Shown here one piece after another: positions 57,904 through 64,000 of a stretch of DNA of 64,000 nucleotides (positions within the stretch are counted from its first letter, which is position 1; each line of letters opens with the position of its first letter). A model generated the notes under the pieces. It was not told the DNA's origin and searched no databases. It saw only the letters and a program-made list of their open reading frames with translations. The stretch lies in NCBI GenBank assembly GCA_020024265.1, contig JAHHTW010000004.1:11931-75930 (forward strand). Reading direction: 5' to 3'. The position numbers were made by a program, and so were the translations under genes. Source of the DNA: Anaerotignum sp. Lineage in GTDB: Bacteria; Bacillota; Clostridia; Lachnospirales; Anaerotignaceae.

Positions 57904-58554
57904 ATGATGAAATTATATATACTATCTACCAATTCACTGAAAGAAGAAAAACAATATGAAACAGCACTTTCCCTTTTGTCCAAAGAGCATCAGAAGCAGA
58001 TGCAAAGCTGTGCAGAAAGTCAAAGGTATGCCAAATGTGCAGGAAGGCTGTTGTTGTATTATGCTTGCCATAAGCAGGGAATTTCTGATATTGCAATAGA
58101 AAAAAATCGTCATGGAAAGCCATACCTTGCTTCCGTGAAAGATTTTTATTTCAATCTATCCCATAGCGGCACAATGGCAGCATTGCTTTGTGCAGAAACA
58201 CCTGTAGGTGTGGATATAGAAACAATAAGAAAAGAACTTCCAAAGCATTTACACAAAATACTGTCTTTGGAAGAACAGGCTTTTTTAGAAAAGCAGAGCA
58301 ACAAACAAGCCGTATTCACAACACTGTGGAGTAGAAAGGAAAGCTATGTCAAAAAAAGGGGTGGCAGAATTTTTGACCATCCAAAGCAGTGGGAAATGGC
58401 AGATGAAAAGGGGTATCGTGATATTGTGGGGGGCGATCTTTTGCATAGCTATCATGTGCAGGAGTATATACTTTCTTTATGTGTAGAAGAAAAGAATGAA
58501 ATTCCCATGTACCAATTTGTGACACTTTGTGATATTTTGCAGGAATTATCTTAA
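57904..58554 (+). CDS. Sfp-type 4'-phosphopantetheinyl transferase
   Basis: HGKPYL, FNLSHSG, VGVDIE, WS.KESY.K. Confidence 0.9.
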   Translation: MMKLYILSTNSLKEEKQYETALSLLSKEHQKQMQSCAESQRYAKCAGRLLLYYACHKQGISDIAIEKNRHGKPYLASVKDFYFNLSHSGTMAALLCAETPVGVDIETIRKELPKHLHKILSLEEQAFLEKQSNKQAVFTTLWSRKESYVKKRGGRIFDHPKQWEMADEKGYRDIVGGDLLHSYHVQEYILSLCVEEKNEIPMYQFVTLCDILQELS

Positions 58555-58661
58555 AATTAGATAAAAGTATGCATTTGGGCTTTCAAAGACAAAGAAAATC
58601 CGCTATAATGAAAATGTTATAGATATATTTGGGTATAAAACGGCTTAGGAGAGAAAACATC

Positions 58662-59852
58662 ATGAAGTGGTTAAAATACAAGAAGGCATGCTGCATGTTG
58701 CTTTCTGCTATCATATTGGCAGGCAGTGTACCATCGGTATATGCAAAGAGTGTCAGCGAATTGGAGAAACAGCGGAAACAACTGGCAAGAGAGTCAGAAA
58801 ATGCATTGGATGAAATCAAGGATTTGAAATCCAAAAAGCTCTCTGTGGAAGAAGAAATGGAAAAAATGGATAAAGCCATGAACAGTCTACAGGCAGAGAT
58901 GAATATGGCTCAGGAGGAACTGGACAGGCTCGAAGCGTCACTGGAAAAAAGCCAAAGAGAATTGGACGATGCAACCCAAAAACGAGAGGAACAGTTTGCG
59001 CTTTTGGGAAAACGCTTGAAATATTTGCAGCAAAAGGGCGCTTCTGGATATTTGGAAATATTGCTGGAGGCGGAAGGCTTCTCCGATTTGTTCCTGCGTA
59101 TGCAGTATGTCAATGATATTATGGAGTATGACAAACAGCTGTTGGATGAACTGCAAAAGACACAGGAGTTGATTGCAGAAAAAACAAAGCAGATTGAAGA
59201 AGATAAGGTAGCACAGGAGAAAGTTGTACAGGAGTACAATGCAAAATATGCTAGTATGGAAAAGGTGCTGGCAGAGAAAAAGGCAATGATTGCGTCGTAT
59301 GAAAAAGACGTGAATAAATATGAACAGTTGATTGCAGCCAATAAAAAGGCAGACCAAGCAGTATTGGCAGAGCTTGCACAACAGCAGCGCAGCTATCCAC
59401 AAGCATCGCAGGAGGTGTATTATACGGGAGGCGGCTCATTGGGCTGGCCGGTACCTGCAAGAGCAGCATCGTCTTCCAGCTTGAGCAGCGGTTTTGTCAG
59501 AAGAAGAAACCCTGTTACCGGAAGATCGGAATCCCATAGTGGATATGACATTCCTGCACCGTATAATTCTGCCATTGTTGCGGCAGAGGGTGGTACTGTC
59601 ACCTATTCCGGTTGGATGAATGGGTACGGCTATACCATTATGATCAACCATGGTGGTGGATTGACAACTTTATATGGGCATAACTCATCCTTAACGGTAT
59701 CTAAGGGACAAAAAGTCAGCCGTGGACAGACGATTGCAAAATGCGGCAGTACAGGTATGTCTACCGGAAACCATTGTCACTTCTCCGTACTGGTTAATGG
59801 TTCTTATGTCAATCCGGAATCTTATTTGGGTGTGCCGAATGTAAGATATTAA
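58662..59852 (+). CDS. secreted coiled-coil M23 metallopeptidase (EnvC/CwlO-like architecture)
   Basis: signal peptide, long coiled coil, HSGYD and HCHF zinc ligands intact. Confidence 0.9.
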   Translation: MKWLKYKKACCMLLSAIILAGSVPSVYAKSVSELEKQRKQLARESENALDEIKDLKSKKLSVEEEMEKMDKAMNSLQAEMNMAQEELDRLEASLEKSQRELDDATQKREEQFALLGKRLKYLQQKGASGYLEILLEAEGFSDLFLRMQYVNDIMEYDKQLLDELQKTQELIAEKTKQIEEDKVAQEKVVQEYNAKYASMEKVLAEKKAMIASYEKDVNKYEQLIAANKKADQAVLAELAQQQRSYPQASQEVYYTGGGSLGWPVPARAASSSSLSSGFVRRRNPVTGRSESHSGYDIPAPYNSAIVAAEGGTVTYSGWMNGYGYTIMINHGGGLTTLYGHNSSLTVSKGQKVSRGQTIAKCGSTGMSTGNHCHFSVLVNGSYVNPESYLGVPNVRY

Positions 59853-59911
59853 TTGGTTTTGTATGCTGAAAAATAAAAATCATACAATGTAGTTTGATGG
59901 ATATGAATTGT

Positions 59912-59946
59912 AAAAAAATCCCTGTGTGGTATCACACAGGGATTTT
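59912..59946. terminator. bidirectional terminator
   Basis: AAAATCCCTGTGTG/CACACAGGGATTTT between convergent genes. Confidence 0.8.
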
Positions 59947-59992
59947 GTATTGTTTGAATACAAAAGGAAATTTCAAATTTCTTCTTTTTATA

Positions 59993-61105
59993 TTATATAA
60001 TACCCATATCTTTTGTCAGAGAAATGATGGCATCTGCTGCTTTTTCCAAATCTGCTCTGCTATGTCCTGCGGAAATCATGATACGCAGACGGGCAGTATT
60101 TCTGGGTACAACGGGGAATTTGATTGCCTGTGCATATACTCCCATGTCATACAGACGAGCGCTCAATTCTTCTGCTTTTTCTGCATCTCCAACAATGACA
60201 GGGATGACAGGTGTTACCGTAGAGCCTGTATTCAAACCTGCATCCTGCATCCGTTTTGCAAAGTATTCTCTGTTTTCCCATAGACGTTTTACCAGAGTAT
60301 CATCATCTGCAATCTTGTTGATGGCAGCCAATGCAGCAGCAGTCAAGCAAGGCGCAAGTGGGGAAGCGGTAAAGATGAAACTACGTGCTTTGGGACGAAG
60401 TTCGTCAATAAATTCTTTGGTACCGGCAACAAAACCCCCGGCAGCGCCAAATGCCTTAGAAAGAGAACCGGTTTCTACAGTTACTTTATCACGCAGATGG
60501 AAGTGCTCTACCGTACCTTTGCCATAAGGCCCCATAACACCATCACCATGTGCATCATCTACCATAAACATAGCGCCATATTTTTCTGCGAGTGCAGCCA
60601 TTTCCGGCAGTGGTGCAAGGTCGCCGTCCATACTGAATACAGCATCTGCAACAAGGAGTTTTTTGCCTTCGGTTGGCTCTTGCAGCAATTCTTCCAAACG
60701 CTTGAGATCCATGTGAGGATATACTTTTACGGTTGCACGAGACAAACGGCAACCGTCAATGATGCTGCCATGATTGAGTTCATCGCTGAAAATTACATCA
60801 CCCTTGCCTACCAGTACAGGAATGACACCTGTATTGGCTGCAACACCGCTGTTGAATACCAGTACAGCTTCCACACCTTTGAATTTTGCAAGCGCTTTTT
60901 CTAATTCGTCATGAATGGCGAAGTTACCGACAATGTTTCTGCTAGCACTGGGCCCAACACCATACTGGTCAATTGCTGCCTTTGCAGCAGCCACGAGATC
61001 GGGGTCGTTTGCCAAGCCAAGATAGTTATTGGATGCCATGTTGATGATTTCTCTGCCATCCAGATTGATACGTGGACCCTGTGGACCATAAAGGGTTCTA
61101 TACAT
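59993..61105 (-). CDS. alpha-oxoamine synthase family PLP enzyme (Kbl/BioF-like)
   Basis: SNNYLGLA, SDELNHGSIIDG, VFSMDGD, VDDAHG, SLSKAFG. Confidence 0.9.
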   Translation of the reverse strand: MYRTLYGPQGPRINLDGREIINMASNNYLGLANDPDLVAAAKAAIDQYGVGPSASRNIVGNFAIHDELEKALAKFKGVEAVLVFNSGVAANTGVIPVLVGKGDVIFSDELNHGSIIDGCRLSRATVKVYPHMDLKRLEELLQEPTEGKKLLVADAVFSMDGDLAPLPEMAALAEKYGAMFMVDDAHGDGVMGPYGKGTVEHFHLRDKVTVETGSLSKAFGAAGGFVAGTKEFIDELRPKARSFIFTASPLAPCLTAAALAAINKIADDDTLVKRLWENREYFAKRMQDAGLNTGSTVTPVIPVIVGDAEKAEELSARLYDMGVYAQAIKFPVVPRNTARLRIMISAGHSRADLEKAADAIISLTKDMGII

Positions 61106-61246
61106 GATGATAACCTTCTTTCTTTTTCTTCCGCCTATGGGTATAGAAATGGGGAAAAATTTTCCACAAATCTTATTTATTATAGCATTGTTTGAAAATG
61201 TAAGTCAATCAAAGCTATGAAAAATTGCAGTAAAAAATACGATCCA

Positions 61247-61927
61247 TCATACCTTTTTTTCTTCCCCTGCCTGTATAAAAAGCATCAAAAAACAAATACC
61301 CAAAAGTACAAAACAAAACATCAAAGAAGGACTGCTCCAGTAACGGATAAAGACAGCGCCGATGCCGGCACCTGCAACAAAGCATGCAATGATACCATAA
61401 TAAAATAAAAAGTTTTTTCTTCGATTTTTGTCTTTCGTTTCCATGTATCGTACAAAATGCTCGGTGCCGCTGCGCAGATTTCCGGTACACATTGTTGTAG
61501 CATAGGGTAAGCCATGTACTTTACGAAAGCTTTGTACCTGCAAGGAGCAGATAAAGGATACCAGTGCGTTGGCAATAAAATCACCTTTGCCGTGTGGCAG
61601 CAGCATAACAATGAGCAAAATACTCATTTCAATTAACAAAACAACCTGCCGCCAATGCAGTGACAGATGATGATTGCATTTTTTGCGTATGATTTCATCT
61701 ACAATCACACCGATAAAAAAAGCAAATATGGGAATGAAGTATGTAAAGGCTTTTGAAAAATGTCCTTCTGCAAGCTGGATGCCCATTAAGACAATGTTTC
61801 CGGTTTGTGCATTGGCAAATACCTGCCCACGCACCAGATAGCTGTAAGCATCCAAAAAACCTCCGACAACAGCAAGCATTGCTGCAATACGGAAGGAATC
61901 GGACATTTGACTGGTATGTAATTTCAT
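61247..61927 (-). CDS. YoaK (DUF1275) family membrane protein
   Basis: GGFLDAYSY...VFANAQTGN, TTMCTGNLR. Confidence 0.92.
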   Translation of the reverse strand: MKLHTSQMSDSFRIAAMLAVVGGFLDAYSYLVRGQVFANAQTGNIVLMGIQLAEGHFSKAFTYFIPIFAFFIGVIVDEIIRKKCNHHLSLHWRQVVLLIEMSILLIVMLLPHGKGDFIANALVSFICSLQVQSFRKVHGLPYATTMCTGNLRSGTEHFVRYMETKDKNRRKNFLFYYGIIACFVAGAGIGAVFIRYWSSPSLMFCFVLLGICFLMLFIQAGEEKKV

Positions 61928-61943
61928 GTTTTCTTCTCCTAAA

Positions 61944-63479
61944 TTACATCAAATATTTTCGATCCAAAGAACGATATTGCAATACTTCGGCAATATGGCG
62001 TATGGTGATATCAGGGCTGTTGTCCAAATCAGCAGCCGTTCGGGCAACCTTTAATATTTTATGATAGGCTCTTGCGCTCAAATCCATTTGTGTAAAAGCA
62101 GTATGCAAAAGGGTCTGTTCCTCTCTGCCCAGTTTGCAGTAGGTTTCTATCTGCGAAGCAGAAAGCTGTGCATTAAAATAAATTCCTTCGTTCGCATAGC
62201 GTTTCAGCTGTATTTGGTGTGCCTGTACCACACGTTCTTTTATGGTAGCGGAGCTTTCAGAGGGGGCGGCATTTTGCAGCTGTGCATAGCCAACCGCAGG
62301 CATTTCTACCATTAAGTCAATACGGTCTAAGAGAGGGCCGCTGATTTTACTCTGATATTTTGAAATTTCCTTTGTTGTACAATGGCACTTTCCATCTCCT
62401 GCGCCGAGGTATCCGCAAGGGCAGGGGTTCATAGCGGCAACCAGCATAAAATCAGACGGAAACGTCAGTGTGCCGTTGACACGGGAAATGGTCACTTTGC
62501 CATCCTCCATGGGTTGACGCATGACTTCCAAAGCGGATCGCTGAAATTCCGGCAATTCATCCAGAAACAATACACCATTGTGTGCCAGTGAGATTTCTCC
62601 GGGCTTTGGGATACGGCCACCGCCGGTGAGTGCGGAAGCAGAGATGGTATGGTGTGGCGCACGAAAAGGTCTTGTATGAATGAGTGCGCTTTTGTTTTTT
62701 AAGAGCCCTGCTACACTGTAAATTTTTGTGATTTCAATGCTTTCCGAAAAGCTCAAGTCAGGTAATATGGTAGGAAAACGCTTGGCAAGCATGGTTTTAC
62801 CGGAGCCGGGTGGCCCAATCATCAGTATATTATGCCCACCGGCAGCAGCAATTTCCATAGCACGCTTGGCATTTTCCTGCCCTTTGACATGTGCAAAATC
62901 CAATTGCTCATAATCCGTACAGTCAGAAAAAATACGTGTGAGATCTACAGTATGCGGTGTAATCTTTGTCGTACCATGCAAAAAATCAATCATCTGTCTG
63001 AGAGAGTGTAAGGGATAGACGGTCATACCCTCAATGAGTGCGGCTTCATCTGCATTTTCCAAGGGAATCATGCATTTTGTAATCCCTGTTTGTTTGGCAT
63101 GATGTACCATAGGCAAAATACCGTTTACAGGACGTAAAGAGCCGTCAAGGGAAAGCTCGCCTGCAAGTAAAATACCATCCAATGCACCATTTGGCAATGT
63201 TCCCATAGCCGTTAAAATACCTGAGGCAATTGGCAAATCAAAGGATGCACCTTCTTTTTTTGTATCTGCGGGTGCAAGATTGACTGTGATACGCTTTGCC
63301 GGAAACATCAGATTTGAATTTTTGATGGCAGTGCGTACACGCTCTCGGGATTCTTTGACAGCAGAGTCAGGCAGCCCTACAATTTCAAAGGAAGGAATGC
63401 CGTTGCTCAAATCCACTTCAACACGCACAGGATAGGCATCAATCCCCAAAAGAGCGGCACTTTGTATCATTGCAAGCAT
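61944..63479 (-). CDS. comM: YifB/ComM Mg-chelatase-like AAA+ ATPase
   Basis: VGLPD..VKES.ERV, GPPGSGKTMLA, RPFR.PHH, LFLDELPEF, AMNPCPCG. Confidence 0.93.
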   Translation of the reverse strand: MLAMIQSAALLGIDAYPVRVEVDLSNGIPSFEIVGLPDSAVKESRERVRTAIKNSNLMFPAKRITVNLAPADTKKEGASFDLPIASGILTAMGTLPNGALDGILLAGELSLDGSLRPVNGILPMVHHAKQTGITKCMIPLENADEAALIEGMTVYPLHSLRQMIDFLHGTTKITPHTVDLTRIFSDCTDYEQLDFAHVKGQENAKRAMEIAAAGGHNILMIGPPGSGKTMLAKRFPTILPDLSFSESIEITKIYSVAGLLKNKSALIHTRPFRAPHHTISASALTGGGRIPKPGEISLAHNGVLFLDELPEFQRSALEVMRQPMEDGKVTISRVNGTLTFPSDFMLVAAMNPCPCGYLGAGDGKCHCTTKEISKYQSKISGPLLDRIDLMVEMPAVGYAQLQNAAPSESSATIKERVVQAHQIQLKRYANEGIYFNAQLSASQIETYCKLGREEQTLLHTAFTQMDLSARAYHKILKVARTAADLDNSPDITIRHIAEVLQYRSLDRKYLM

Positions 63480-63701
63480 ATTCAAAACCCTCATTTCTTT
63501 CCAAAAAGTATATCGCTTATATTATAAAATGATCATAACAATATTTCTAAAAAAAATCAATCCGAATTGGAGAATTTGACGAAACAGAGAAATGGTATAC
63601 ACAATTATTTCAAAATTTCAAAAAAAAATCATTGAATTTTTCACAGAAAGCATATATAGTAGATTGCATAACTGCTGAGGTTGTCAGGAGGTGGAGTATC
63701 C

Positions 63702-64000
63702 ATGGAAGAATATTATATGATGTGGCTCTCTCGAGTGATGCTGTATCATGACCAAAAAGCATTTGCGCTTTTGGGAAGATTTGGTAGCGCAGAGGCAATT
63801 TTTCATGCAGAAACAGCGGAGTTGCGTCATGCAATAGGCAATGCTTCACGCTTGGCAGACTATGTTCTAAAACAGAGGAAAGCAGATTTGCTGGACGAAT
63901 GGATTGTGGAGCTGGAAGAAAAGGGGATATGCTTTTATTCCTATTTTCATCCGCAGTATCCGGAATTGCTCAAACAGATTTATCGGCCGCCGCTTGGCAT
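63702..64000 (+). CDS. dprA: DNA-processing protein DprA, 5' part (runs off the window)
   Basis: SD GGAGG; open frame MEEYYMMWLS...LL..FGSAEAIF...YPELLKQIYRPP matches the DprA N-terminus; next to comM. Confidence 0.8.
   Translation, partial: MEEYYMMWLSRVMLYHDQKAFALLGRFGSAEAIFHAETAELRHAIGNASRLADYVLKQRKADLLDEWIVELEEKGICFYSYFHPQYPELLKQIYRPPLG

Noticed and set aside
63595..63660. CodY-like AT-rich boxes upstream of dprA
   Set aside because: At least 4-5 mismatches to AATTTTCWGAAAATT in very AT-rich DNA
1..64000. CRISPR arrays, tRNA/rRNA genes, prophage, integrase, retron/RT or defence genes, inteins
   Set aside because: No regularly spaced repeats or matching genes seen; dnaE and recA have normal lengths

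Overview
Core chromosomal segment of a low-GC, spore-forming Clostridia-class bacterium (gene style resembles Anaerotignum/Lachnospirales; this is my inference). About 57 CDS are mostly housekeeping: iscS-iscU, RNA methyltransferase, tgt-yajC, sdaAB-sdaAA-sstT, radC, trpS, cinA/recA, topB, hisS, dnaE-mtrB-pfkA-pyk, uvrC-hprK-murB-rapZ-whiA-HPr-like, queT, a Trp-type ABC importer, the full spoIIIAA-AH operon, leuS, comM and the start of dprA. Cis-regulatory elements are a preQ1-I riboswitch (queT), a Trp T-box (ABC importer), a Leu T-box (leuS) and a LexA box (recA). I see no CRISPR array, rRNA, tRNA, prophage, intact IS or defence system, and nothing I can confidently call a new multi-gene system. 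The best leads are small and non-coding or regulatory: a Trp-containing uORF behind the Trp T-box in a genome that also has a variant TRAP; a candidate orphan sRNA near 5.2-5.36 kb; a transposase-less IS200/IS605-like remnant; three identical 12-mers between an XRE gene and iscS; an HPr lacking His15; and a 59-aa SpoIIIAF. All protein calls come from motif recognition by eye, with no database search.
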